This document shows, in pieces, positions 1 to 14,696 of a stretch of 64,000 nucleotides of DNA. The notes below the pieces were generated by a model. That model was not told the origin of the DNA and did no database searches. It saw nothing but the letters and a program-made list of their open reading frames with translations. The translations under genes and the position numbers were made by a program. Within the stretch, counting starts at the first letter, position 1; every line of letters begins with the position of its first letter. Source of the DNA: Lytechinus pictus (taxonomy: Eukaryota); assembly GCF_037042905.1 (NCBI RefSeq), contig NC_087246.1, forward strand, positions 4,900,001 through 4,964,000, read 5' to 3'.

Positions 1-975
1 CACTGGAAGTTGGCACCCTCAGTTCTCACCGTATATTAATACTGCAGTTAAAATCAATGACTATTTCACTTTTCCTTACACAGTTACAAGTATAAATAAT
101 CTTTACGTCCAGCTACGATTGGAAACAATCATGGCCTTTACTCCAACTTCAAGGGTTGCAATTCCGACAATTCCGAAATAAGTTACTAATTCTCCAATTA
201 AGAAAATTATATTCGTTTACATTTTCAGAAAATTTGCCAGATGCGATTTTTCCCCAAAATACTGGATGCGGGTAGACCATGTAGATAAGTCGTAACGTAG
301 AGGCCTTATACAATACAAACTACATGGCCTGGTGGCTGTTTCATAAAGCTATTCGTAAAGTTACGCGCAACTTTAAGCACGACTGGAGCATGTTCTTAGG
401 TGATAAATCCATTCTATAAGGATATCACATAGCACAATCATCACCAGTCGTGCGTAAAGTCATTCGTAACACGCATCTGAACCTGTATACCAGGTTTCTT
501 TTTTTTCGCGCCAAGATAGCGTGGTTTTAATGATTAAGGATGAACATTGTCTTGAGTCAGACGACAACTGTCATGGTAACACAACCCTGGGAATAATGTT
601 TTCAATATTTTAGAACAGACATTCCAACTAAATTTTGAGATACTAGGGCCTATAGTTGGTTATAGGCTTATGAATGGATGAATGTAATGAGTGAAATGGG
701 TGGCAATGACAGTGGACATGAAATAGAAACAAAGTGACTCTAATCAGTCGATGCATTTCTTCAAATTCTGTAAACATATGAAATTTACAAAGTAGGATAT
801 CAATGATCCATTGCATTTTTTTTACAAAAGGTAAGAAATTAACATGATTAAGACATATAAAACATTTGATAATCATGATTAAGGAATATAAAATCAAGAC
901 ATGACAGAGGACTAATCATTAGCTTAGCCTAAGTTTAGAGCACTGTACTATCAAGCGTATAGTTTGGTAACTTAA

Positions 976-1420
976 AGGACAAGTCTACCCCAACAAATGA
1001 GGGACCTAATGACATCACTCACTCACTGTTTCTTTTGTATTTTATCATATGAAATATGAAATATTCTGATTTACTCCTCATTGTCCTGTGAAACAAAGTT
1101 TTATTTCACCCTGAACATGTGGAATTACCATTGTTTAACATTAATATGGTTCAGTCAAGTCGGTCATTATTGTCAAATCTGTAAGAATTAAAATATAGAA
1201 TAATTCAAACAATAAAAACAAAATAAATAGTGAGGGACATCATCGATTCTCTCATTTGCATGTGACAAAATTGTGCATATAACTATATTTTGTGAAAAAT
1301 AAGCGAAACTTTAAAATTTTATAACCTTCTTATTTTACATCCGATTTGATGAAATTTTCAGCATTGTCTGATTCTTCTCTACTCATTCAAATCCACATTT
1401 TTCTAAGGTGGACTTAACCT
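976..1420. mobile_element. Non-autonomous DNA transposon with TTAA target duplication (Kolobok-like), internally deleted copy
   Basis: TTAA|AGGACAAGTCTACC ... GGTGGACTTAACCT|TTAA. Internal sequence is homologous to 61937-62539 and 32465-32976. Confidence 0.75.
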
Positions 1421-3389
1421 TTAACATCATTACAAGCGCTAGTATAAAGAGTAGTTTCGTTAACCAGAACAATAATTTATTGATCAAAGAAGTAGGTCAA
1501 AATCCATATTTATGAGCAAAGGAATCAGAGTGATGTTGAACTTACTTGTGGCTTGTAAAAGACCTTAGGATTCTCGTGTTTCAAACCAAACCAAGATTTC
1601 TTCACAGGAAACTTCTTGGCAGCAAAAACTTTAATAACAGCTTCCATATTGGCTGGCAGAATTAAGTATAGTCCTTGAAGATCATAAAACTCCCTGATCA
1701 GGTCGTCTTCATTCCGAAGCTAGACCATCAAAGATAAACCGTGTTCCAGTTTCAAGTAATCTTGATAAAAAGTACACTTTTGATGATCCACCAAGCTCTA
1801 AATAAACAGGCTTTCCTGGTGTGCACGGAATTAAATTGAAATCTTTCGGTTGAAGTGAGAAGACAAGAAGTTGTCAAGGATCACATCGTATTCAGCCCGG
1901 ATTCTGGTTAAGCGTGTTAAGCAGGTAAGTAGCAAAAGGAATCAGGTTCAATTAACGCCTACTAACCTTCACCTCTCAAAGAATGGATTCCTCGTATATC
2001 ACGTGCTTCGTGGACAGTTATGGCCCCTGTGAAGCCGTGGATAGATGTCGTTCATATCACAGGCATGCAGAGGTGTGCTAGCATCGTGTTAATCCTCCTA
2101 GCTAATTCTCAAATCACTCCATCTGGTCGACCGGACGGGTATGCAGCAATGGGAGCTCACTTTCTTTGTAATGGCGGTTCAATCAACGGCTTGACTCTCC
2201 AGGCCTCTACATCCAAAGATTAATCGCAAAGTAAATGGGGGAAACTTGGGGTGAAGTAATAGAATGTGTGTCTCTTGAATAAAACAGTAGCACTTGTAGG
2301 AAGTAGTGGGTGCTCTCTACTATCCTCCAGAGATTGCGGTCGGGGAGAATGAGCATTCCGGTAAACCACCATAACCCATTTATATCCAACTACACCCCCT
2401 CTCAGATTATATAGGAGATTGTACCTATTTTATACTTTCGTAGCCTCCTGGACAGTCCGCGCTGGGTGAATTACTCATCGGTCAATCCTCGGCTTGATTC
2501 ATGAGAGGATTAAAGAACAACTGGTCGAAGAGACTACTTGGAGATGATGGAAGTGACTTTGAAAAATTACCCGCTTCGTACCCCAAAAACGGTTAGTTCT
2601 AATTTGTTCGCTGGTGTTTGGATAAATTCCATGTCTACCATGCCAGGCTAGGTTCGAGATTGATTTTAAATCCATCTAGTTCTGAAAATAGCTGCTCTTA
2701 TAATCCCATCAATTATTCTTGGTTGTGTGAAAAATGACATTTCAAGCCAAGCTTTATCCCTTCGCTTCAATCATTAGAACAGAGATCTAGGTCTCAATGA
2801 ACAATAGGATTCCTCATCTTTTCTACAGAATAGTTCATATTCAATCTTCAAGCATTCCAAATTTTTCATAATCCATATTCTTAATGTAGGTTTAGATTTA
2901 ACCATTGTTTGTTGAACTGATATAGGAGGAGATGAACAAATGACTAGGGTTGGAGTCAGTAATGTTTCGACATATTTTCGAGTCAAAGCTCATTTTTTTC
3001 ATTATTTATTTTGAACAAAATCCCCTGATGTCACATGATCAAGAACCCTGGTTGATCAAATTAACAATTGACGCCATGATACAGGTCCAAATAACTTGGC
3101 GGATAAAAGAGACTGTAAAGAAGAGACGTGGAATCAGTATTCTTCTGAAGAACTGATTAATTGTAGAGAAAACAAAACTGAGAAGTCAAACTACAAAATC
3201 TTGATATATCAAGTATCTAGAATCAGCTTCCCATATCAACAGCAGTATAGCTAGGATTTTTTTTTAACAGGGGATTTTTAGGGGGCACCAAAACATTTTT
3301 CTGGAGTAGTCCTAATTAAATATTTTTTATACACCTTAGCTTTAATTCATAAAAAAGATAAAAAGAAAATCCCTTAACCCCTAAATAAA

Positions 3390-3850
3390 TAATGAAAGCA
3401 CGAAGCGCGAGCTGAAATGTTTATATTCCTGTCTCTTTAAGTCTAGACCTGAAAGTTGAACATTTCAGCATTGTTTTTGTAACCATGAACAAGATGCGAT
3501 CTAACTATCATGCAGAGCGAGGTGAATATTTATTTTTCATATGATTGTTTTTTGTATTCAGATCTGGAAACTGAATATTTTTAGGACTTATTGATAAAGA
3601 ATACTATGTATAAAAGCAAATGCACGCACGATTTTTTTATATATTCAAACCTGACAACTGGAAAGATAAGCACGTTTTGAAATAAAGAACAAGCTATGCA
3701 TCTCAATAAGCATTTAATGTAAGCGCAAAGTGCGAGCTGAGATTTTTATACCGACCTGAAATCGACATTTCTGTATCTATGTCGATAAACATTAATGAGA
3801 GCGCGAAGCGCGAGCTGGAAATTTGTGGTGTACAGACCGGAAAAGAAAAC
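3390..3850. repeat. Degenerate internal part of a related hAT-like element
   Basis: Repeated gc.cgaagcgcgagctg(a/g)aa motifs as in 24030-24600. Termini not resolved. Confidence 0.5.
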
Positions 3851-5016
3851 CTTTTTAGCATTGTTTAACATGTAGGAAAATTCTGAAGAGGATAGTAATG
3901 TCACTGCAAGCTTGAAGCATGATCTTTACATCTTTTTAACTAGAAAGCGAGGAGGAAAAGAAGGAAAAGAAAAACAAACGGAAAGGATTATTCGATTAAG
4001 AAAATAACCGAGAATCTTTAAGTGACCAGCTATCCATCCAATCACGACGATAGGCTGTACAACCTTTTTTATTGCACCGATTCTACGTCACCAGGGTGAT
4101 TGTTTTATGTGTGAGGGTGTTTGTGAGCGAAGGAGAATTGATTTCTTGACAGAATCTTACGGTTGATCGATTGATTTTATTATTTTTTTTCTTCAGAGTT
4201 TGACGATGAATGAATAAAACAAAAACCCTATTTCCAATGCCATTTTAATACACTTATTTCCCCAAACGAACAATGCAACAAATTTGTCAATAATTAGGAT
4301 GGAATAGAATATGGAATAAATGAACAATAGTATTTAATGTAATTTGACGTGACAATTGTCAGAGGCCCAGCAATAGTCATTATTCCTTTGGGGAAATGTT
4401 GGACATCTGCTGATACACATCCGGTTTATAACCAAATTTGTCAAAGAGTGATCCAAAATAGTAACAGTTAATCTGTGGATATGTAATTTGTCAGCTGCAT
4501 GGTAGGGATTAGTATATATCAGGACAACACTCAGATAAATACATATTGTTCAACCATTTATTCATTTCCGTTTTCAATGTTTTCGTTCGTTTTATGCCAG
4601 TAATAAGTATTTATCATTTCAACGAAAATGTGCCATCTCCTCCCAATATCGGTAGTGCTATTAGTCAGGGAGTTAGCTCGTGCAATTCAGCACTTGTAGC
4701 TTGCTTGTTACAAGCAGGTTGAACATGTTGAATAGGATGAAAGCTGAAACAATAGATTGGGATTAATTTCTTTATGTATATCACTGTCCATCTTCCTTTG
4801 AAAATCAGTTGAATTTACCACTAAACCACTGAATATAAACGTATCATGATAGTTTCATGATATTCATGTGATTTTGAAATTTCATATGTTATACAATACA
4901 AAATTCCAGGTGCATTGATTAAACTTCTCGCCAATATCAATTTAAAATATATGTCTGTAAAAGCTTGACGCACCTAACTGACGTAGACTAATCGGTTTAT
5001 ATTCACTTGAACCACA

Positions 5017-5201
5017 CACTCTTAAAAATGTTGGGCAACATTATACATATTCTGTCCACCCAACAATTGGTTAGAACTGTATCCAATTCTGGGTAGTTTT
5101 AAACCAATAATGTGTGCTTTTGGTGAAAACTACCCAGAGTTGGATAAATGTTTTAACCAATTGTTGTGTGGACAGTATGTTTGCCCTGCATTTTAAGAGT
5201 G
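5017..5201. mobile_element. Small palindromic MITE (CACTCTTAAAA termini)
   Basis: cactcttaaaaatg / cattttaagagtg, plus internal IR ctgtccac.caacaattggtta / taaccaattgttgtgtggacag. Confidence 0.65.
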
Positions 5202-8200
5202 CATCAGTTGGACCACTTCTCATTGCAGATAGACAAATACCACAACAGGACCAGGGCTAGACCCATTTGATCTACTATCAATGCACTTGGTATACCCACT
5301 TGGCAGATTAGTCTAATCAGGGAGTTGGGATTGTCTAATTTCCACTTATAAAAACTATACTAATAAAATAAGATTTTATTAACTCTATTGACCCCTTCTA
5401 GTGTTATGAGAGTACACATGATATTTAACATCATCGAACATACACAGCATAGATAAAATGAACATGGAATAATAGTTGAAATAAACTATAAATACATGAA
5501 TACAAGCTTAATGCCATTAAAAAGTCAAGTGTGCAGGATTTTTAACAACCTTGACACTATGTGTATTTTTTTAATCAGCTTCTGCTTAGGTTCGTGTGCA
5601 AAGTGAAGCATGATTATTTTACAAATTGCACAATGTCTATAACATACGAGGAATTACAGGGATTGCTAAAGGAGGTGACCGCCCTGTAATTTATCTTTTA
5701 TTTTGAGGGCGAGGAGAAGAAGGAAAAGAGAAACAAAATGAAGAATTATTTGATTAAGAACTTATATATTCACTGGAAAATAACTCAGAGTCTTTTACTG
5801 TAAATCGATCAATCTATCAGTAGCCATCAAGCTGGACCATAGGGGAGTCCATCGATGGCGGAAGATGGGGACTCGTCCGTGGTCACTGCGAAGTTCCTCC
5901 CGATGGACAACCAACAAGTACCTAAAAATATCCTATCAACAAGGCTATCGGAAACACTGAATTCAAAGGAAGATAGAGACCCCAAATAGAAACAACTATC
6001 TGATAAACAAAAACATATTTAGAGAGGTATTTTCAAACAGAATCCCTTTCAGTTGTGTATCAACATAACACGTACTGAAGATGACCAACATATTAATTGA
6101 AGCTTAACTTGAAATTACCTTATCAAGTGGAAAAAAGGAAAAGACGAAGCAAAAAGATTCGATTATGCCTTAGCTGAAGTGTTGCCTGACAATTTATCTT
6201 TAAAGTGCTTAAATTTGGTTAATTATATTAGTCCTAACAATGTAATGCATGTTAATTAGAATACAATATCTTTTAGTTAAAATAAAGCGGAATGCATGAC
6301 ATTTTTTCCAACTGAACTTATTTGGACTTGGCAGTCTCAAGCATTTGACATAATTATGAACTTTATGTACCCCCTTTCTTCCATCTTTCATTATTCATTC
6401 ATGCATGTACTTTCATATTTTTCTCTGACTACCATTCTTTGTCCTCTTTCAATCATTATATAGTGTTTATCCTTCACACATTCCTCAATCATTCCCCTTC
6501 TAGTGTCTCTCTCTCTCTCCTGATCTTCTTCCCTTTTCTGGCTCATTTTCCCCAGTTGATTGGCAACTTAAAACTGGGACATGATAATGAAGATTTAACA
6601 AGGGCGAACATTTTCACATTTTGAGAAACTTATTCAGATTTCCTCATACAATAATCTTTCTCATGCTGTTAAGGGAGGGTAGGGATGCAGCAGTGTGTTA
6701 AGATGACACAGATATAGGGTGAGTCAGACACACGCAAAGAATGAGCGGAAAATCATGTTTTCCTAAATCAAGGCGAAAATCAGATTATTCAACGAAAGTT
6801 CACCTGAATGCTGAATGTTTATGAATATCGTTTGTACCTTTGTCTTGGGACATATCCAAAGTCACGGGATAAAATGGAATTTATTTTCGACTGTCTGTAC
6901 ATTCTGAACAATGTTTATTCAAAACAAGAAAATAAAAGAAATAGTAAAATATTTTAATATTGAAAATATGTACCTTTTGTCTCTCCCCTTACAAAACCGA
7001 AATAAGATGATAAGAATGAAAATTAAATGAGTCGCCCTTTTTTTCTATATGTATTATTTTCTTATTTGACTCCTGAGACAAGGAATACAAAATCATCAAA
7101 ACTTTAGAATCATTCGAAATAGAGAGACAATGTTTGCATGGTTGAGTAATGCCGATTGTTTTCACAATGATGTTTTTTACTCTGAAAACAATATCGATGA
7201 TTGATCTTTTACAACAGCTACGAAATATATAGTCAATTAGCTTAGTGTTTTGATAGTTATAGTCATGGGTGTTTAAATTTTGCTGGAAAATTGTAAAGTT
7301 GCTAAAGTCATAAGACCTAAGTATGTTCACTTTCTACGGGTAAAATATTGCGAGAGTTGTAAAATTTATGTTTTCATGCATGATTGTAAACTATAGAACA
7401 AACCGAAAGTCTAAACGATCTGCCAAAAGTTTACTTAAAAAAAGAGGCATTGAGCAAATTTTGTTTTCGACTATATGCAAGAGTGTAACGGAACGCTAAC
7501 AGTACTATAAATAATTTATCTTTAGAGGGAGAGGAATAACAGAAAAGTCAAATCAAGATGTACTAATTGGTTTGATGGTTTTCTCTGATGGATGTTAATT
7601 GGTTAGAAACCAATCGGGAATCCTACGACTTCCGACCAAAGCCTGACTGTCAAAATGAGGAAATTGATCTATTACTTAGGTGGTATTAAAAGGGTGTTAA
7701 ATCTTTACTAATTGATTTATAATTCGTTGAGTGATCATCATTTACACCCTCTCAAAACAGTGGGTTAATAAATGACAGGTGTATTCAGGATACAGGTGGC
7801 TGTGTTCAAGTCGTCGCATTATACGAATCCTTCGCCCATAAATCTTCTTTTCCGCCCTGATATAAAATTGGTTTCAATAAATAAGCAAAAAAATATACAA
7901 AAATTGAAGGTTTGACGAAATTCATAGAAAATAAATTGTTTAAGTTAATTCATTTCCCATAGACCTATCTAAACTTGGTTAATTTTTTTTTAATGTAAAC
8001 CGTGCAGGTGAACAAGCAGATTGTCTTTTTTGTGTACTACCGCTTTGGTGTAATTGCCATTATGGTCTTCACCTGGTCTAATAGTACCTTCATAGTCTTA
8101 TTTTCATTTACTGTACTGCCCGTTTTCCACTTCGTGCAATTATTGATGTTACTTTGTCAAATTAATATTTGTTTCATGAAGAATCAATCTATAAAATAAG

Positions 8201-9934
8201 TGGTGTTAGACCAATTTGATCTTAGACGACATTGGTACAGCCTAATTGGAAATTAGACAACATGATAAATGAGCTAAATGTCAAAACTGGTTTAAACGGA
8301 GAGTAGAAGAAGCAGCTAAAGACCAATCATCGATACCTTTAATGGTTCGTGATGACTGAAAATATTACTCTCCTAGAAGCATAGGTGGAAGAACGTATCT
8401 GATATCTAAAACCATTCAATGGATGTATAAAATCAATTTCAATTTTCTCAGAAAACTGCTTTTTATGGAATTTATAATTTTATAACAAGACTTATTATGT
8501 AAGCTGCTGCAATATGTGACGTCATAAATTTGATCTTTGAGATGGATTTTCACCAACAGATATGTTTTAGCCATGTTTATACTTTTACTGAAACGAACTT
8601 GACGTCACGTTAACCATGGCAGGGGTGATGGGGATGCTTCAGGACCCAATAAGACAAAGGGGTGTAGCTATGTTATATACTATAGGCAGCACCCTATGGA
8701 AATCAGGTTGGTATGCTAAAAAGGATAACTTTGACCAAAATTACCATCATTTTAGAGCGAAAATCTTTTTCCGTTTATTAATTTCTTTTCAAAACCAGCA
8801 CCCATCTGCAAAGATCGTTAACTGTCTCTGACAATTCATGTCAGAGCAGTGAAAATTGAAATCAATGACTTTGCGTCAATGTTTGTATCTGTGAAGCGCT
8901 CAGAGACGTCGTTCCGATGTATTAAGCTCTTAAAAAGAGGAATATTATTACGTCTTATGTTTATGTATATTTCATTTCTACGAACAAATATTTCTTGAAT
9001 TGGGACTTTAACCTGTTGAAAAAGCTGAACGCTTTTAAAAACCCCCCTCACTTAAACACAGTCCTTGGTACCTGGAGGAGCTAAAGAAAGAAAATACAGC
9101 TCTGTTATTCCCCGACTCGGATATTGATGGTGATAGGTACATCCTGATTGTGTTTAAATCGAGATCCTAAAACACTTGCACTAACCTCAATGTTATAATA
9201 GAAGTTCAGGGGTGACATTACTGGGATACTGGCATCAGGACATGAACATTGAATGTAAAAAATGAGTATACACTCTCCTTTCTAAAATGTAGATTCCTAA
9301 TTTGTCATGTTGGTAATATCAAACAACCTGCAAATAAGTGGCTTTAGAGAATTCATGTAGCACGTAAAATTTATATGATTTGTTTACATTCTAATCCTAT
9401 TATAGAGGTCTACCCTAACATAAGTAAACCTTTAAATGAATAAATGAAAGAATACATAGTTATTATATACATGATATATGGATATGTAAATAAATGAATT
9501 ATTATGAATTAACGAATAAATAAACGAATGGATCTGTAATTGTTAAATTCATGGAATAGTATTTTACGCAAATCAATAAATAAGTCAAAAAAATAATAGA
9601 ATTCTGTTGATTTGCCAAATTAATGGATACAAATAGAATCAATTACTGAAGCGAGAAAATGGATAATTAAACGAAATAACAACAAATGAGAAAATCCGTT
9701 CAAATTGAGTAATAAATTTCTGCTAGATTTTCGCTATTTGAAGATCCAAATAAACTTTGATATCACCTTTTCCCTGTTTATATCTTTAATTGGCTCCATG
9801 TATTTTACGTGGCAGAAATATCTTTATCTTCCTTCCGATTATGATGATGATATTTTACTTTTTGTCGATTTTATTAAATGCAGTATACTATTCATTTATT
9901 GTATAGCGCCCTCATCCAGAAATATGTCATTATT

Positions 9935-12200
9935 CATTTCATTTGATTTGATTTGACTTTATTTTACATATTTCACAAGTACAAACAACAATATGAAAAC
10001 AATATCAAAAAACTCATGAGAATACAAATCAGACAAGGCATAACAATTAATTCAAATTAAAGAAAATAGCGATTTGGAATTAAAGACAATTTAAAAGAGT
10101 GAAATATGAGGGAACCTGCATAAAAAAGCAATGCTTGTTAAGTCTGCAGGATCAAAATAAAAATATCAGTATTAATGAGTAGGAGAGGACAGGTAAGTAA
10201 ATTAATTATAATAAAGTAATGCCAAAATGTGACAATTGTGGATATGTAAGGAATACCAAAAAAAATAAATAAAAAATAAAAAAGGGTCTGCCACTCTATG
10301 ACTATTATTTATTACTCATTACTCAGCCAGAGCGTATTAACAAAGTACTTGTATATAAAAGTTTACACAAGGACATTATAAGAATTGTTAAGCATCGCTT
10401 TCAATTCACGTTTGAATATATTAAGTGAGGCACTATGTACCATATCATGGGAAAGATCGTTCCAAAACCTGGGCCCTTCAAATGCTATTGTTCTTTGAGC
10501 AAAGAGAGTGCGAGTACGCGGAAGGTGATAGGAGTCACTTAGCCGGGTGGGATATGTGTGGATTAGATTGTTCATATGAAACATAGAAGCAAATATATCA
10601 GGCAATTCATCTTTTGAAAGCTGAAACATGAATATACCAACTTGAAATGCATATATATCAGAAATTTTGAGTACTTTATTTTGGAAAAATAATGGATTTG
10701 TATGGGAATAAAAACCAACTTGATTAACCACCCTAATTGCTCGTTTTTGTATCGTGAATATTTCATCAATTAAGGTTGTATTGCAATTACCCCAGGCCAA
10801 TATTCCATAATTCATATGGGATAAAACAAGTGTGGAATATAATGTTTTTAAAATGTGATCAGGGAAAAAATATTTTAGTTTATTCAGAATGCCAGTGTTT
10901 CGAGAAGATATATTACATATATAATCAATTTGGCATTTCCATGATAATTCATGATCAATGTAAAGACCGATAAATTTGGTAGAATCAACTTGTTGCAAAT
11001 TAACATTGTTTATAACTACATGGTCCGGCAAATAATTCAAAGAGTTACTGAAAAGCATAAAATTTATTTTGTTTACATTGAGTGACAACTTGTTTGCTTG
11101 AATCCATGTCTGAACAGACTGCAGTTCCCTATTCAAAATGGTAAGTAGTGAATTAGGGTTACGGTGTGACAAAAAAGGTTAGAGTCATCTGCGAAAAGGA
11201 TAAATGATAGGTCATTTGATGAATTATTAAAATCATTTATATACAACAAGAAAAGGAGTGGGCCTAGGAGTGATCCTTGCGGTACACCGCAAGAAATAGT
11301 TTTCATTTGAGATGTATGATCTTCTATTGAAACAAATTGTTTTATGTTAGTTAAGTAACTCGTGAACCATTCCAAGGCCTTTCCACGCACACCATAATGT
11401 GATAACTTGTAAAGCAAAATATCATGATTAATCGTGTCAAAGGCCTTGGAAAGGTCCAGGAATACAACAACTGTGTGCAGAGAATTATCAATAGCATTTT
11501 CCACTTTGTGAATAAAAGAAAGTAAAGCGTGTACAGTGGAATGTTTTTTTCTAAAACCAAATTGGGAATTGCATAAAATATGATTATCAGATAAGAAATT
11601 TATCAAACGAGAATAGATCAATCTTTCAAGAATTTTAGACAGGGAAGTAAGGAGTGATATTGGACGATAGTTGCTGACAATCCGTCTATCGCCTTTTTAA
11701 ACACTGGAACAACCTTGGCTACTTTCATATTTTGAGGAACCAGACCAGTTACCAAAGATTGGTTTAATATAAAAGTCAAGGGAGTAAAAAAATTCATTAA
11801 TGACACGTTTTATGACACAATTCGTAAGTTCGTCGCATCCAGGACTTTTTTCAGGTTTTAAATTATTTACAATATTTTTAATTTCAAATTCAGTGATCGG
11901 AGTAAGGAAAATGGTTTTAGGGTTGGGATTTTTTTAGAAAGTATTGGAATCTTTTGTCAGGTTCAGGAATATTATGGCAAAGAGTCGCACCAATATCAAC
12001 AAAATAGTTGTTAAACACGTCAGCCATATCTGCAAGATTAACAACCGTTACATTATTATTTACAATTTCTTTAGTGAACTCCTTCGATTTCTTTGTGTGT
12101 AAAACATTGTTTATCACCTTCCACGTACTCGATGCATCATTTTTATACTTATTAAATTGATTAGCAAAATACTGTTTTTAGCTGAACGTAAACATTGTAG
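9935..12200 (-). mobile_element. 5'-truncated, frameshifted non-LTR retrotransposon (CR1/L2 group) with reverse transcriptase
   Basis: Consecutive ORF pieces 11917..12117, 11618..11806, 11133..11621 and 10363..11172 carry RT motifs QFGFR, FLDLSKAFDTI, GVPQGSLLGPLLFLLYIND and FADD. Minus-strand 3' tail AATAAA plus (CAAAT/GAAAT)n near 9935-9965. Boundaries approximate. Confidence 0.9.
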
Positions 12201-12573
12201 TGTTAGTTGTGAAATTGAGAGGAACAATCCAGTAAAACGCTTTAACTACCAGTCTATCAGTTTCAACTTTTACAGATCACACACATTAGTCTACAGTGTT
12301 AACAAACTTCATACAGAAAACTCTAACAATTTCTAGTTTTTGTATTTGTGATTTAATTACAAATCCAAAGTTTTGCTTTACCTACACACGTTAGGCCTAT
12401 TGACAATAAAAAAAACAGTAAAGAATGAAACAATGATCAAAGCAGCACAACAAAGCATAGATAGATATTGAGAAAAATATTCAACAACAACATAAAAACA
12501 AAGAAAAGACCATTTCCCTAAACAAGCATAGGGTTTCTAAAAGGACAATCTAACAATCTAATATATAAATTAC

Positions 12574-13006
12574 ATTAGGTGGGCTGATGATGTCATATCC
12601 CCACTTTCCTTTTTCTTATGTTATTATATCAAATCATAATCGTTTCATTTTTTCATAAATGTGTAAATTATGCGTTTCCATTATGATGAAATAAATTGCA
12701 GCAATAAATAACTAATGCGCTTAATCAATCGTCAATCCAAGTATTTATTTCTTGGTAGAAAATTTGGAATAAACCTAATTTCATATAATGAAATACAAAA
12801 GAACAGGTGGGGATATGGCCTCATCAGCCCACCTAATGAATATTCATGAAGACATGCCTAGAACTGTTTCACCGGAATAATGCAAATCTTTAAAATTCAA
12901 CAATTCGTTATTTGTTATCCGATTTTGATCAAATTTTCAGCATTTTGCTCTTTGAATTTTACTCTATTTATTGATATGTAAATATTTGTCAGCCCGGCGC
13001 ACCCCT
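12574..13006. mobile_element. Partial Kolobok-like MITE (right arm)
   Basis: Internal inverted repeat attaggtgggctgatga / tcatcagcccacctaat, shared ccgattttgat.aaattttcagc motif, ends CCCCT|TTAA. Confidence 0.55.
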
Positions 13007-14074
13007 TTAACTTAATACATGACATTACATGACATGTCAATCCTGACATGTCATGTAATGGTTAGTTTCGGTCATGTTCGCTCATTTGGTTTCCGTAGCA
13101 GACGATGCCAGCCTGCTAGTATATAGTAAACTTACGCAGACCCTATTCCAAATCAAAATCAATTCCGGACTCGATATTTGCTTCCTCAAACTGTAGCTAT
13201 ATTATCAATATCAGTAGGCAAAATTTTATAGTACAAGACATTGTTACTTTCAACATTAAATGTGTTAAGTTTGTTTGGACTGTATGAATTGTTTCAAATA
13301 AAAAGGGTCTAGGAACGGAAACTATCATACGTTAGTCACGTGACGTTGTACACAGAAATATTCCATGTTCTGCCTGCTCGATCTCAAAGTTTGGGAGAAA
13401 AATGAGATGTAACAATATTATTATACCAGTCATAAAGTATTATACATCAAACTGTAGGTAATCTATTTAGCATTGAGATGACAATCAATCTCGACCCTTT
13501 TTTACTCTTAGGGATATTCCAGAGGGAAAACAAAGGTGCCAGTGTCTCGAAAATATGGTGGTTTTTGACCGTTTGTCATAGCAAGAGTTGTGAACATGGA
13601 CACTTTCAAATGAACAGCGAGACGTAAATAGTGAATTAATTGTAATAATATTTACATCAAATCAATGGAATTGGATAAAATTTTCACACTATTATCAATC
13701 TGGTGTGAGATTATTAATAATTATAAAGATATACCCGGATTTCTGCAATATTACGTTCTTGAAAACCACTGTTCCCTGTGTTGAAACTGTGTGTGTGGAC
13801 TTACGGACACTCAAATGCACACGACTAACCATTATGCTATATAAACTTCAAAATAACATGGGAAACTTTACATGAAGAACACCCTCTTACGATACCGAAG
13901 TAACGAATGTTAGCATTTTATGAGATTTTTTAATTCGACTTTATCTAGTTTGCAGAGGGCGGTAGTCATTTAAAGTTTGAACGCACTCATAGTAGACATG
14001 GTAGATGGAATTAGAAGCAAAGCTATGATAAGGGTTTAAAGCACAGAAAATGTATTTCTTTTTCCACTAATAGT

Positions 14075-14344
14075 ATTATATTATTATTATATTATACCGA
14101 GGTTTTTTTACCTGACTGCTAAGAAAGCACGAATGCCTGTGAGCAAGCAACCAGGGGACCAACGGCTTAAGGTCCTCTCCGAGGGACCTGGTAATGAGGA
14201 TAAATGCCTTACCAAAGGTAGCCTCTTGTCGAGGCCCTGTCGGCTGCTTTCCGAGCGAACATGGCAAAGCACGGGAGAGAGCGAAGCAGAGCGCCCGTCA
14301 CCGGAATCCGAAACCCCCGCTCTACCGACTGAGCTATCGCGCCT
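14075..14344 (-). mobile_element. tRNA-derived SINE with a degenerate B box
   Basis: Minus strand ggcgcgatagctcagtcggtagagcg head, body with ggacctta.gccgttggtcccc, (TAA)n tail. Confidence 0.7.
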
Positions 14345-14363
14345 CCTATCTGCGCTCTATCAA

Positions 14364-14538
14364 TAGTCTGCACAGACTCATAATTGACACTTTAACCGAT
14401 AACAGATCTAGAGTAAAGACTAGACACAAAGTCTGTTACAGCCAGCCACAGTAAATAGTGAATCTAGTCTCACTAATACAGACTCTGCATTATGCACTAT
14501 GTGAATTGCGAAAACCATGGGTCTGTGCCTGCAGACTA
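14364..14538. mobile_element. Short TAG...CTA element, same class as 35588-35747
   Basis: TAGTCTGCA ... GGGTCTGTGCCTGCAGACTA. Degenerate 9-bp TSD ctctatcaa / cactatcca. Confidence 0.55.
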
Positions 14539-14696
14539 CACTATCCAGGTGGAAAATGTACTTGATGAGAAGGTGACGTCACCAAGTGATAAGCAACATT
14601 CTTACAATCCTCGGCGTGGGGGTTGAGTAGTGCTAGAAAAGACACAACATAGGAAGACTGAATAAGTAAATAAAACAAAAACAAAAAAAACTATCG

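Noticed and set aside
10363..12117. Active or domesticated reverse transcriptase gene
   Set aside because: It is split by several frameshifts, 5'-truncated, and lacks the endonuclease domain and ORF1.
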